The translations under genes were made by a program, and so were the position numbers. 64,000 bases of DNA from an uncultured delta proteobacterium (lineage in GTDB: Bacteria; Desulfobacterota; Desulfomonilia; Desulfomonilales; Desulfomonilaceae). The DNA lies in contig CAWBKB010000003.1 of NCBI GenBank assembly GCA_963789265.1, positions 64,001 through 128,000 of the forward strand. The letters run 5' to 3'. The notes under the pieces were generated by a model. It was not told the origin of the DNA. It saw nothing but the letters and a program-made list of their open reading frames with translations, and ran no database searches. This document shows, piece by piece, positions 41,980 to 52,095 of the stretch (the first letter of the stretch is position 1; each line of letters begins with the position of its first letter).

Positions 41980-42410
41980 GCTCTTGTCCTCCTTTTCGTT
42001 GATTAGGGGGGCCTTGATCGTCCCCCGTGAGCCTCCCGTCACTGAGGAAGCGCAATACCCGTTCTATGAGCCTCGTTGCGTGCAAATGGCCTTCTCTTAG
42101 TCTTTTACTAAAGAATATCCGATCATTTCTGAGGGATCAACTAAAAAATGCGGAAACCGTTTTCTTAAGATCGAATCAGGGATTCAGTAAAGAATAACTG
42201 ACTCATGCTGATGCGTTTTCAAATAAGCAACCACTCTTCGGGACCGCTCCCTCGATTGTGGAACCGCGACCGTTGGTCGATTCATAAAAGCCCTTCAAGC
42301 GGTGCAATCCTCTACAACCGTTATGGCCGTTATGGTTGACGGGGCACCAGGGCCCAGAGGTCCGGGAAGGCGGCGTCTAAACTACATGTTTTCCTTCCGC
42401 ACTTTTCCTT

Positions 42411-42426
42411 TGCAACATCTGCACCA
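42411..42426 (-). promoter_or_regulatory. Putative sigma54 promoter
   Basis: TGGTGC-AGATG-TTGCA on minus strand (GG-N10-GC). Confidence 0.55.
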
Positions 42427-42809
42427 ATTCTCGCCGGCTAAAGCATCAGTGATAACTAACTGTTTTTAGTACAAATCTCAAGGAACTAACGGCATCCAAA
42501 ATGGGAAGATTCACGCCGCGCTTAAGCGGTGTGGAGTGTCTTCCTCGTATGTGAGGATTCCATTCCTGCTCTTGTTGATCTGTTCCAACATTCTTTGTAG
42601 TAAGAACACTCGGAACTGCCTCGGAGCCCCACCATGCTCAGTGACCACTTTCCTCTAGATGTGGAGCACTCGTCAGAGAGCGCATTTGCATCCAGGGTAT
42701 CATTCAGGTCGTCCTTGTAATCCCTTTTCACAGATAAACTTCCTAACTTAAGGTATGCCTTCCTGTGGCTCGTTTGAGTGAGGTGCCTGCAAGGGCGTGA
42801 CTGCCTTCG

Positions 42810-44819
42810 TCACTTGTTGACCAAAGCTTCAGCGTGAGCCACAACATTTTCCACGCTAAAACCATAACGCCTGAGCACTTCCGAACCCGGTGCCGATGCG
42901 CCGAAGCAATCCACACCTATGATCGCTCCGCTATCACCCACCCACTGAGCCCAGCCCATGGTAGATCCCGCCTCAATTGCAAGCCGCGCCTTGCAATCAG
43001 GAGGAAGCACGTTGTCCCGATAGTCCTGCGGCTGCTCCAGAAATAGTTCCCAGGACGGCATGGAGATGATCCTGGCCTGGATCCCCTTTTCCGCGGAGAG
43101 CCTCTCCTGTGCCTGAAGTGCTAAATGCACCTCGGAGCCGGTGGCTATCATCAGAATGTCCGGCGTACCTTTCGCATCCGATACAATGTAGGCCCCTTTT
43201 TCAAGTCCCGATGCACCGGCGTAGCGGCCCTGATCGATGATCGGCAGGTTTTGTCGGCTCAAAATCAGCGCAACCGGTCCTGAGCGCTGCAAAGCTACCC
43301 TCCACGCCGCCGCGGTCTCGTTGGCATCGGCAGGCCGAATGACGACAAAGTTCGGCATTGCACGCAGGGAAGCAAGGTGCTCCACCGGCTGATGTGTGGG
43401 GCCGTCTTCTCCCACGGCAATACTGTCATGCGTAAAAACGAAGATGGAATGGACGTTCATCAAAGCCGCCACCCTCAAAGACGGCCGTAGATAATCGGAG
43501 AATATCAGGAACGTAGATCCATAGGGTATCACTCCTGCGTGCAAGGCCATGCCGTTAACCATAGCGGCCATTGCGTGTTCTCTTATGCCAAAATGGACAT
43601 TCCGTCCCCCGGGACTATCAACGGCATGGTCAGATGCCCCGGCAATGAGAGTTTTAGTAGATGGGGCAAGGTCTGCGGAACCTCCCAAAACATTCGGGAC
43701 CCGCTTGGCAATGGCGTTGAGGATTTTTCCCGAAGCAACTCGCGTCGCGATGGCTCCATCCTCCGCTTTGTACAGCGGAATGTCCGCATGCCAATCAGGG
43801 GGAAGTTCCCCGCGGAATTGCCGTTCAAAGCATTCCGCCTCAAAGGGGAATTCCGTCCGATACGAGCTGAACATGGCTTGCCAGTCTGTTTCAAGCTTAC
43901 GCCCGCGATCCAGGGCCAACGAGAACTGAGAAACAGCCTCATCCGGTATATGAAATGGCGGCTCGATCGGCCAACTGAACGCTTCCTTCGTGGCCCTAAG
44001 AGCTTCTTCGCCCAGCGGCTCGCCGTGAGCGCCAGCACTGTCCTGCTTGGGGCTGCCGAATCCGATATGCGTGCGAATCATGATGAGAGACGGCCGTTCG
44101 GTTTCCAGCCGGGCCTTTCGGATAGCACCTTCGATGTCGTCAATGTCATTGCCGTCCGGCACTTTTTGGACTTGCCAGCCGTACGCCTCAAAACGCCCCT
44201 GCACATTCTCCGTAAAAGTCAGAGCCGTATCACCTTCAATCGTAATATGATTATCGTCATACAGATAAATAAGTTTGCCGAGCTTCAGGTGGCCGGCAAT
44301 TGAAGCCGCCTCGCACGCAACGCCCTCCATGAGATCCCCATCGGAAACTATCGCATACGTGAAATGGTCAACCAACGGAAAGCCAGCACGATTAAATTGC
44401 GCTGCCAGGAACCGTTCAGCCAGGGCCATTCCTACGCCCATGCCGAAGCCTTGCCCGAGTGGACCCGTCGTGGCTTCGATCCCGCATTCGAGACAATATT
44501 CAGGATGGCCCGGCGTCTTACTCTCCCATTGGCGAAACCGCTTCATGTCCTCGAGGGAGATATCGTAGCCGGTAAGATGAAGCAGAGCGTAGAGCAGCGC
44601 GGAACCATGTCCGGCCGAGTGAACAAAACGATCGCGGTTGGGCCAGCACGGATTAGCCGGATTGTACCGCAGAAACTTTGTCCAGAGCACATAAGCCATC
44701 GGCGCGGCGCCCAGCGGAAGCCCCGGATGACCCGACTCAGCCGCTTGGATGGCGTCAGCGGCCAGGATTCGTAGTGTGTTGATACAAACTTGGTGAAGAT
44801 CTTTTCGATCATTGCTCAT
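42810..44819 (-). CDS. tkt: Transketolase
   Basis: [40 protein letters not shown]. Confidence 0.97.
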   Translation of the reverse strand: MSNDRKDLHQVCINTLRILAADAIQAAESGHPGLPLGAAPMAYVLWTKFLRYNPANPCWPNRDRFVHSAGHGSALLYALLHLTGYDISLEDMKRFRQWESKTPGHPEYCLECGIEATTGPLGQGFGMGVGMALAERFLAAQFNRAGFPLVDHFTYAIVSDGDLMEGVACEAASIAGHLKLGKLIYLYDDNHITIEGDTALTFTENVQGRFEAYGWQVQKVPDGNDIDDIEGAIRKARLETERPSLIMIRTHIGFGSPKQDSAGAHGEPLGEEALRATKEAFSWPIEPPFHIPDEAVSQFSLALDRGRKLETDWQAMFSSYRTEFPFEAECFERQFRGELPPDWHADIPLYKAEDGAIATRVASGKILNAIAKRVPNVLGGSADLAPSTKTLIAGASDHAVDSPGGRNVHFGIREHAMAAMVNGMALHAGVIPYGSTFLIFSDYLRPSLRVAALMNVHSIFVFTHDSIAVGEDGPTHQPVEHLASLRAMPNFVVIRPADANETAAAWRVALQRSGPVALILSRQNLPIIDQGRYAGASGLEKGAYIVSDAKGTPDILMIATGSEVHLALQAQERLSAEKGIQARIISMPSWELFLEQPQDYRDNVLPPDCKARLAIEAGSTMGWAQWVGDSGAIIGVDCFGASAPGSEVLRRYGFSVENVVAHAEALVNK

Positions 44820-44940
44820 GTAGGCATCCTCCAAAAGTCAGAGACGACCGTGCGTCCCCAAAACACAAATCATTAGCAGCCGACTCGGAAGTATAGTGAC
44901 ACGCGAGCACCGCTCATATTACCCAATTTCTCGGGATTTT

Positions 44941-47088
44941 TCACTGCTTCATCGCGCCCAGCAATTCAAGCATCTTATCTGAATTCGTAGTCGGCAATTC
45001 GCACTGATAATCGGCACAAACGTATGCGGTAGCTTTGCCCTCAAGGCTCACTTGTTCTGCTGTATATCCCGCGAGCCTTGTAATTGCCGGAGAATCGCCG
45101 TCAATAGGCCGCAGCAAAACAACCTTGGCGGGGATAAAGACGCTTCGTAGTTCCCTTAGCATGGCCTGTGTGTCATCGGCTTCGGCCCGACCCGCTATAA
45201 CTACCTCGTAAGACGGCCCAAGAGCGAACTCCAGAGCGACCAGCATCTGCGTGTAGGCTGATGGAAACTGTCTTATGTTCCCCGAGAATGTGCGGGCAAT
45301 AATTTCCGCCTTCTGGTCCAGATCAGGGCTCGCCGTCATACGGGCCAGACGCAACAGATTCAAGGCAGCCACTGAATTACCGGACGGGGTAGCGCCGTCA
45401 TAGATCTCCTTGTTGCGGATAAGCAACTCCTCGGAGTCGTCTGCCGTGAAATAGAAACCTCCCCCTTCGCTGTCCCAGAAGTGAGAGATAAAGTCATCAT
45501 TGAGTTTGACCGCGCTTTCAAGGTAACGCACGTCGAAGCCCGCCTCATACAATTCAAGCAGTCCCCAGATCAGGAACGAATAGTCGTCGGCATGGGCAGG
45601 CAGCGCCGCTTCAGCGTCTCGAAATCGATGCAATAGTCGGCCGTCAGGATCGCGCATGGTTTGGAGAATGAAGTCGGCTGCTTTACCGGCCGCGTCCGCA
45701 TACTCCAGCCTATCAAAGGCTTGAGCCCCTTTTGATAGAGCCGCGATCATAAGGCCGTTCCAGTCGGTCAGGATCTTGTCATCTTTACTCGGATGAATGC
45801 GCTTCTCTCTCGCAGCGAACAGTTTTGCGCGCGCCTTTTGCAGCACCTGTTCAAGTTGCTCTTGGCTGAGGTTAAGCTCGGATGCTACTTCCGAAAGAGA
45901 TTCTTTCAAGTGCAAAATGTTGGAGCCGGTCAGCCTGCCGGTGGCTTCTTCCTCGAAGTTGCCCGAGAGCCTTATATTGAAAGCGCGCTTGATCAAATCG
46001 GCTTCGTCTGCTTCCAGGACGTGATTGATTTCCTCGGCGTTCCAGACGTAAAACTTTCCCTCGACACCTTCACTGTCCGCGTCTTCCGCTGAATAGAAGC
46101 CTCCATTCGGAGCGGTCATGTCACGCAGTACATAAGTGAAGATTTCCTGGGCTGTTTGCGCGAACTGAGATTTTCCGGTTGCCTGATAAGCTTCGGTATA
46201 TGCCATAGCCAACATGGCTTGATCGTAGAGCATCTTTTCGAAATGGGGAACGAGCCACCGGGAATCGGTGGAATATCGGTGGTAACCGAAGCCCAAGTGG
46301 TCGTAGATTCCACCTGAACGCATGGCCTGAAGAGTCTTCTCGACCATCTCCAGGGCCTGCGTTTGTCCGGTCCGCTTCCAGTATCTGAGAAGAAACATGA
46401 GGTTGTGGGGGGTAGGGAATTTAGGGGCTTCGCCGAACCCGCCACGGACCGGGTCAAATCGTTGAGCCAATTGCCGGTAAGCCGAGTCAAGCACTTCTTT
46501 TCCCGGCAGATGGCCGGGGGATGTGTCCGGCAACTGGCGCAGCCCAAGCATAACTTTGCTTGCCGATTGCAGAAGTTCTTCCCGCTGCGTTCGCCATAGT
46601 TCCTTAATGCGCGGGGCCAGATCCGTCATGCCGAGCCTGCCGAAACGGCTCTCTTTGGGAAAGTATGTGCCCGCATAGAACGGCTTTTTATCCGGAGTCA
46701 AAATCACGTTCAGGGGCCACCCGCCACCGCCGGTCATCATCTGACATACGGCCATGTACACATGGTCGAGGTCCGGGCGCTCTTCCCTATCCACTTTGAT
46801 AGAAACGAAAGCCTCATTCATCAAGCGAGCTACATCGGGATCTTCGAACGACTCGTGCTCCATGACATGGCACCAGTGACAGGTTGAATACCCTATTGAA
46901 AGAAATATGGGCTTATCTTCTTTGCGGGCCTTTTCGAACGCTTCATCCCCCCAAGCGAACCAATCCACCGGATTGTGTGCGTGTTGGAGCAGATAGGGGC
47001 TTTTCTCGCGTATCAGCCGATTCGGCCTGCATTCACTTCTTGGAGAAGCATTAGTGTCCTGAGGGTCGGTGCCTTTTTCCATTCTCAT
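44941..47088 (-). CDS. Thioredoxin-domain protein YyaL/SSP411 family
   Basis: [45 protein letters not shown]. Confidence 0.95.
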   Translation of the reverse strand: MRMEKGTDPQDTNASPRSECRPNRLIREKSPYLLQHAHNPVDWFAWGDEAFEKARKEDKPIFLSIGYSTCHWCHVMEHESFEDPDVARLMNEAFVSIKVDREERPDLDHVYMAVCQMMTGGGGWPLNVILTPDKKPFYAGTYFPKESRFGRLGMTDLAPRIKELWRTQREELLQSASKVMLGLRQLPDTSPGHLPGKEVLDSAYRQLAQRFDPVRGGFGEAPKFPTPHNLMFLLRYWKRTGQTQALEMVEKTLQAMRSGGIYDHLGFGYHRYSTDSRWLVPHFEKMLYDQAMLAMAYTEAYQATGKSQFAQTAQEIFTYVLRDMTAPNGGFYSAEDADSEGVEGKFYVWNAEEINHVLEADEADLIKRAFNIRLSGNFEEEATGRLTGSNILHLKESLSEVASELNLSQEQLEQVLQKARAKLFAAREKRIHPSKDDKILTDWNGLMIAALSKGAQAFDRLEYADAAGKAADFILQTMRDPDGRLLHRFRDAEAALPAHADDYSFLIWGLLELYEAGFDVRYLESAVKLNDDFISHFWDSEGGGFYFTADDSEELLIRNKEIYDGATPSGNSVAALNLLRLARMTASPDLDQKAEIIARTFSGNIRQFPSAYTQMLVALEFALGPSYEVVIAGRAEADDTQAMLRELRSVFIPAKVVLLRPIDGDSPAITRLAGYTAEQVSLEGKATAYVCADYQCELPTTNSDKMLELLGAMKQ

Positions 47089-47429
47089 CGCTCCTGATTT
47101 GTGACAGGCAGTTTGCGATTCCCGTCACCCTGGACTCCGATCCGAGGAGTCGCCGGCGTCCCTGCCGGCGACGAATGACCGGCACGGAGGCCGGTCCTAC
47201 CAAGATTCCCGCATACGCGGGAATGACGGAGAAATGCCCATCGCGACGCCTGTTCAGCATTATTAGGATTGGGCTGCCAAGAAGGCATTACTCTGGAAAA
47301 CGTTACAAATTTCTCACTCTTTCAATGGCTTCTTAGACACCGTTAAGTACACGTTGCGCCGGGATTTTCAAAAGGCAAGGACGGAAGGGGTTGAAATACC
47401 TTTTGAAGGCTCAAACAAACGGCCTGCAC

Positions 47430-48065
47430 TCACAGGGACTGAGAGATGCCGCCATCTCTGCGGATCCTCCAGAAATGCCAAAGCATTGTGATAACTAAGA
47501 AGCCGGGCAGAAGAATCACGTGCCATGCATACACGCGGACAAGCACGAGGTTACCGACCTCCTGAGGTCCGAACATGAGATTTGCCATGACTGATCCTGC
47601 TAGCGGCACTGTTTGAGTAAGGTTCCTCGCGATGGTCCATGCGCACAAGCCTCTATCGTCCCAAACGAGAAGGTATCCGGTGAAGTCGACCAAAAGTGTG
47701 GCGACCAGCAGCATTAGCCCGATGAGCCAATTCAAATGCCTTGGCGGAGCAAATGATCCGGTAAGAAAAACCCGCACCAGGTGCAAAACCACCGCGACAA
47801 TCATCATTTGGCCGCACCAATAGTGCAGGTTTCGTACGAAGAAGCCATAAGTCACTACGTACGTGATGGACTGCACGGAAGTGTAAGCCAGGCCGGAAGT
47901 GGGAATATAGTATAGTAGAAGCAGCGCTCCGGTGAATACCTCCAGCAGGAACAACCAGAATGCAAGCCCTCCCATACACCAGGTGAACCGAACTTTAGAC
48001 GAGCTTTCAGGTATGAATCGAGGATGAAGATGGACGAGAAATGCTGAAAAGGATCCTTTTGACAT
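47430..48065 (-). CDS. Cytochrome b6-like N-terminal subunit
   Basis: MGGL, TG.LL..YY.P, RNLHYW, LHL.RVF.TG, FTGYLL.WD, WHV..LP, HFWRIRRDGGIS. Confidence 0.9.
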   Translation of the reverse strand: MSKGSFSAFLVHLHPRFIPESSSKVRFTWCMGGLAFWLFLLEVFTGALLLLYYIPTSGLAYTSVQSITYVVTYGFFVRNLHYWCGQMMIVAVVLHLVRVFLTGSFAPPRHLNWLIGLMLLVATLLVDFTGYLLVWDDRGLCAWTIARNLTQTVPLAGSVMANLMFGPQEVGNLVLVRVYAWHVILLPGFLVITMLWHFWRIRRDGGISQSL

Positions 48066-48122
48066 CAAGCCACCATCGCGGTGTCTTCGTTTTTCCAGTC
48101 GCAAGCATCCCTGCCAAGCATT

Positions 48123-48584
48123 TCAAGAGCCCCTCGATTTTGCCGGAGGCTTTTTCAGGAGGCGCAGTTTGTCATTATCACTCCCGGCCAAGAAGAGTTG
48201 TGGCATCGGCCGGGTTGCAGGGCCGCGCTTCACGTTCCCTTCCACATCAAACTCGCTCCCGTGGCATGGGCATTCGAAAAGTCCCAGAGCCGGATTCCAC
48301 CGCTGCCGGCACCCGAGATGCGTGCAACGGTCGTCGAACGCCATAACCTGCTTGTCTCCCGCGCGTTTGACGAGCCAGCAGCCGGCTTCGGGCACATGCA
48401 TCGGCACATTAGGCCGAAGCCTGTCGAGAACTTCTTTGGGAATTTCCCGCCGCCCGTTTTTCCCTATTTTGAAAAAGGCAAATCTCCCAATACCCCATGC
48501 CCCCAGTAGAGCTACCGATGCAGGGAGGAAAACCAAGAGGGATTGCAGGAAAAATCGCCTGGTCGTAGAAATCGGCTCATCCAA
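48123..48584 (-). CDS. Rieske [2Fe-2S] protein with Tat-like signal
   Basis: TRRFFL; CTHLGC and CPCHGS; start uncertain (TTG). Confidence 0.9.
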   Translation of the reverse strand: MDEPISTTRRFFLQSLLVFLPASVALLGAWGIGRFAFFKIGKNGRREIPKEVLDRLRPNVPMHVPEAGCWLVKRAGDKQVMAFDDRCTHLGCRQRWNPALGLFECPCHGSEFDVEGNVKRGPATRPMPQLFLAGSDNDKLRLLKKPPAKSRGS

Positions 48585-48670
48585 GGCGGTGCCTTTCGGC
48601 AGGATCGGAGAGTTGGCGGACCGGCTCCGCGCAAACCTGTATAGTTCCCGCACGGAACCGGCCGGCAAGG

Positions 48671-48922
48671 TTAACAGCCTTCAGCAGGGGGCAGAGCAGG
48701 CTTCTTCGCGGACGCAGCCTTCATCGCGTTTTCAGCCTCCGCTTTGGTCTTGAACGGGCCCTTAACGATGGCCTTCACATCAGCCGGCTTTTTGTCCGTG
48801 ACAGAGACCTTCCCGGCAGCACCCTTGACCACGTAAAAATCTGCGGCAACAGCCACGGTGGACATGCCGAAAGCTATCAAAGCAAACAGAACCACACTCA
48901 ATCTCACGATCTTGCTCATCAT
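48671..48922 (-). CDS. Small secreted Lys/Ala-rich protein ending in EGC
   Basis: Signal peptide, RBS AGGAGG. Confidence 0.8.
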   Translation of the reverse strand: MMSKIVRLSVVLFALIAFGMSTVAVAADFYVVKGAAGKVSVTDKKPADVKAIVKGPFKTKAEAENAMKAASAKKPALPPAEGC

Positions 48923-48980
48923 GCGGCCTCCTAAAAAGTAATTAACAGCTAGTTCTTAGCATGAAAAAGGTTTCTTGCCC

Positions 48981-49583
48981 CTATTTTTTGTCGTACGGAG
49001 CCCATTTTTCAGCCAGACCGGCAAGCCAAAAGGAAGCCAGCGCCATCACTACGACGGCAGCGGCAATCAGCTCCTTGCTCATGCCGAATACTTGCCAGAG
49101 AGTGACCCTTCCGAGGGGGGAACTCTTGTAGAATGAGCCCCACACGGGAAATCCCGCGGCAAATACCCAGATGCCGACGATCATTCCGAGCATAAAGATG
49201 AGTGCATCAAGTTTACCCGACATGATCCCGACCGCTGAGGTGCCGGGGCAATATCCGCCAATCACGAAGCCGAGGCCGAACAAAACTCCGCCTACGAGCT
49301 GAGGCCACAAATACGTTTGCAGCAAAGAATAGTTCACGAGCATCGAGTAGTCGAACAGGCCTATCCAACTTAACACAATCAGCCCGACCAGTGCCGTGCC
49401 TATTGCCGAAAACATCACTTTAAGGACCCGCATATCTCTGAAATAGAAGATATTGGTTAGATTGCGGGCATCGCCGAAACCTGCCCTCTCAAGAACAAAG
49501 CCAAAGAGAATCCCCACGCCCAGTGCTACCCATAGACTGGTCCCGGGTCCGAAAGCTCCTGTAAGATAAAGTGGACCGCTCAT
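48981..49583 (-). CDS. YeeE/YedE sulfur/thiosulfate transporter half
   Basis: FGFVLERAG, GG.LFG.G..IGGYCPGT. Confidence 0.9.
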   Translation of the reverse strand: MSGPLYLTGAFGPGTSLWVALGVGILFGFVLERAGFGDARNLTNIFYFRDMRVLKVMFSAIGTALVGLIVLSWIGLFDYSMLVNYSLLQTYLWPQLVGGVLFGLGFVIGGYCPGTSAVGIMSGKLDALIFMLGMIVGIWVFAAGFPVWGSFYKSSPLGRVTLWQVFGMSKELIAAAVVVMALASFWLAGLAEKWAPYDKK

Positions 49584-50107
49584 GACCATTCCCTCCTGAC
49601 AAAGTACGCGGCAACGAACGCCGTGGCGAAGACGGTCATCATGAACACCCAGCTACCCACCGCCATCGTTGCTCCTCCACTTAATGCTTGGCCGCTGGTA
49701 CACCCCAGAGCAAAACGAGTGCCGATCCCGCCGATCGCGCCTCCACCGAAAGCCATGCCCAATCTTAGGCCGACGCTTGCGGTGGGGCCTCTTCCTACTC
49801 CGGGCCTAAACCTCCGAGCGGTCACTACTGCGATCAAGCCTCCTATAAAGACGCCCGCCACCTCTAAGACCATCCAATTCACCAGAGGATTTTTGCCTCC
49901 AGGTTTGTAAAACGACTTGTAATAGGGATGATGTTCCACGGCTGTCGGGGCGGCTGCATGCGCTATCACCGCTGCGGTCCTGGTAACCGCGCCGGAGGCC
50001 CCAAGCCCTGTGCCCATCAGATAAAACGTAAACAGCAGAACCAATCCCAAGGCTATTCCGGCCACATAGGGGTTCCAGAATCCCTTGGCGTATTCCAAAT
50101 CCATCAT
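49580..50107 (-). CDS. YeeE/YedE sulfur/thiosulfate transporter half
   Basis: WNPYVAG, GLGASG, G.R.A.GCTSGQALSG. Confidence 0.9.
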   Translation of the reverse strand: MMDLEYAKGFWNPYVAGIALGLVLLFTFYLMGTGLGASGAVTRTAAVIAHAAAPTAVEHHPYYKSFYKPGGKNPLVNWMVLEVAGVFIGGLIAVVTARRFRPGVGRGPTASVGLRLGMAFGGGAIGGIGTRFALGCTSGQALSGGATMAVGSWVFMMTVFATAFVAAYFVRREWS

Positions 50108-50130
50108 TGTCGCTTCTCCCTTTCTGGTAA

Positions 50131-50563
50131 TCATTTCCTTTCCGTCGTTTGGGCGTCCGCCCCGGATGCCTCTGAAACGGGAGCGGACTCTTTGAATCGC
50201 ACCTTTGGTGCCAGCGTAACCGGAACCCCAAGGGTTTTCGCGGGAACTTTTTCAGCAACCATCTCCTGCCAGAACTTCGGCGATGGATCATTCACCGGTA
50301 AATCCCTCGGACATGACCTTAGCCATCTCAAGCCGAACTGGAAAACGCCGGCCACGAGAACAGCAATGACAGAGAGGATCACGGCTGTTATCAAGCCTGC
50401 TGCTATCATCCGGCCGCGCTTTTGACTAGGCGACCGAACAGCCTGGATCTGTTCTTTCTCTTCGCCGCTCTCAGCAACGATTTGCTGCTCTTCAGGCCCG
50501 TCTTGTCCAGGTGCTTGAACTTCCTCAGCCTCTAAGCGACTGTTTCTTGTCCTCTTCTGCCAT
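50131..50563 (-). CDS. Acidic single-TM hypothetical protein, probable frameshift at ~50537
   Basis: MAEEDKKQS / LEAEEVQ..RMIAAGLITAVIL; RBS AAGGA. Confidence 0.5.
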
Positions 50564-50610
50564 TGCTTTATCCTTTTCGGCCAACATGGGCATTTGTCGC
50601 AGGTTTTGAA

Positions 50611-51498
50611 CTATGAGATTATCTGCGGAGGCGTAGCCGAAAAAATTATCAATGCTCTCAGGCTCATGCCACCGATCAAAACGCACAGGTCCGCGCCGAC
50701 AACCAGATATTTAGACATCTCGCCATATTCATAGTATTCAACAATGCTAAGCACAAAGGGGACAAGAAGTCCCACCGTCACAACCAGCGCCCAGAAGTAC
50801 GGACTTAAGAATCCAGAAAGCAAAATGTTGGCAGAAGCGGCTGCCTCAACAGAGCGTGTCAATGACATGAAGATAAACAGCATGAGCACACCCGCTTCAA
50901 CGGACAGGAATATGACATGGCCAAGGGCGAAATTCGACAAAGTCCGAATAGTGCTTATATCGATGATGGCCGCGCCGATCATAGCGACAGCCAGGCCCGT
51001 AGACATGGCCGAAGCCATGAAGAGCACCGGCATAACCGGAGTGTTCCAAAAGGGAATTCCGTTAACCACAGCAATGAGCACGCCGGTATATCCCGCGGTT
51101 CCGACCGCGAGGATACTCCCCACGACTTCAAGGTGACGTACGTATTTCTTCGCGAATCGGCCCACAAATGATATTTCGTTGAGCGCTGCGGCGTACAGAA
51201 AGGCCACCGGAATGAAGACCGACAGGATTATAACACCCCAGGAAATCATGCTGGTGAGATTGCTGACCAGGTATAATTGCCGCCAGGGCTGCCAAAATCC
51301 CGCTTCGAGGTCAAATACCAGACAAGCGGTCCCCAGCGCTACCAGAGGCCCGGAAGCTAATGAGCCCGCACGCGCCAATGACTTGGACCAGTCTGGAGCG
51401 AGAAGGTCGCAAGCCACGGCCGCTAGAAATGCGCCGGCGCCGGCGCCGGCCAGAAAAAGATACGAGACGATCAGCCATCCCCATGCGTTTTCAGGCAT
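50611..51498 (-). CDS. psrC: Polysulfide reductase membrane anchor (NrfD/PsrC)
   Basis: WGWLI..YLFLAG, DL, SMISWG, YTG.L, PFWN; ~8 TM. Confidence 0.9.
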   Translation of the reverse strand: MPENAWGWLIVSYLFLAGAGAGAFLAAVACDLLAPDWSKSLARAGSLASGPLVALGTACLVFDLEAGFWQPWRQLYLVSNLTSMISWGVIILSVFIPVAFLYAAALNEISFVGRFAKKYVRHLEVVGSILAVGTAGYTGVLIAVVNGIPFWNTPVMPVLFMASAMSTGLAVAMIGAAIIDISTIRTLSNFALGHVIFLSVEAGVLMLFIFMSLTRSVEAAASANILLSGFLSPYFWALVVTVGLLVPFVLSIVEYYEYGEMSKYLVVGADLCVLIGGMSLRALIIFSATPPQIIS

Positions 51499-51500
51499 GG

Positions 51501-52043
51501 TCAACTCCTTTTGTAGAAGACTTTGGGACGCGTGTTAAGGTCGGGCCGTAACGGCTCGGCCCTGTGCTTTGCTATGAATCGAGATATCTTGCTCCCGGGA
51601 TCGTTCAGGTCCCCGAAGATCCTCACCTGGTTAGGGCAAGTAGTTACACATGCCGGCTCGCCCCCCTGCCGAACGAGGTCGATGCAGAACCAGCATTTGA
51701 CGACAATGCCTTCACGTTCGTCCAGGGATCGCACCTTGTAAGGGCAGGCCTCTATGCAGTACTTGCAACCAACGCATCGGTTTCGATGAACCAGCACCAC
51801 GCCTTCCGGGGAAGTATAGATCGCACCTGTAGGGCAAACTCTCTGGCAAGGGGGATCTTCGCACTGATTGCACTGCAGAGGAATGAACTCTTTGCCGAAG
51901 GACGGGTTCGCTCCTCGCTCTTTTTCTTTGATCCAGTTGAATGATTGCCCATATTCCAGAGTCTGCTGGTTCTGGCAAGCGACCCGGCACGAATGACAGC
52001 CGATACATTTCGTTGTGTCTACAGCAATTCCGTATCGAGGCAT
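51501..52043 (-). CDS. psrB: 4x[4Fe-4S] subunit (PsrB/NrfC)
   Basis: CIGCHSC..AC, CNQC..PPC..VCP, CVGCKYC..ACPY, KC.FC..PAC..TCP. Confidence 0.9.
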   Translation of the reverse strand: MPRYGIAVDTTKCIGCHSCRVACQNQQTLEYGQSFNWIKEKERGANPSFGKEFIPLQCNQCEDPPCQRVCPTGAIYTSPEGVVLVHRNRCVGCKYCIEACPYKVRSLDEREGIVVKCWFCIDLVRQGGEPACVTTCPNQVRIFGDLNDPGSKISRFIAKHRAEPLRPDLNTRPKVFYKRS

Positions 52044-52095
52044 GTTTATCTCCCGTAAGATTCTGTGATGCAGCCACCTCAGGAGCCCTACCGTC

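Noticed and set aside
42522..42731. 69-aa ORF after tkt
   Set aside because: GTG start, weak RBS, no recognisable motif; cannot be supported
50131..50613. Amber (pyrrolysine) readthrough from psrC into the downstream open frame
   Set aside because: The frame stays open after TAG, but an RBS-led MAEEDKKQS start in another frame joined by one indel gives a more natural protein, and the window has many indels
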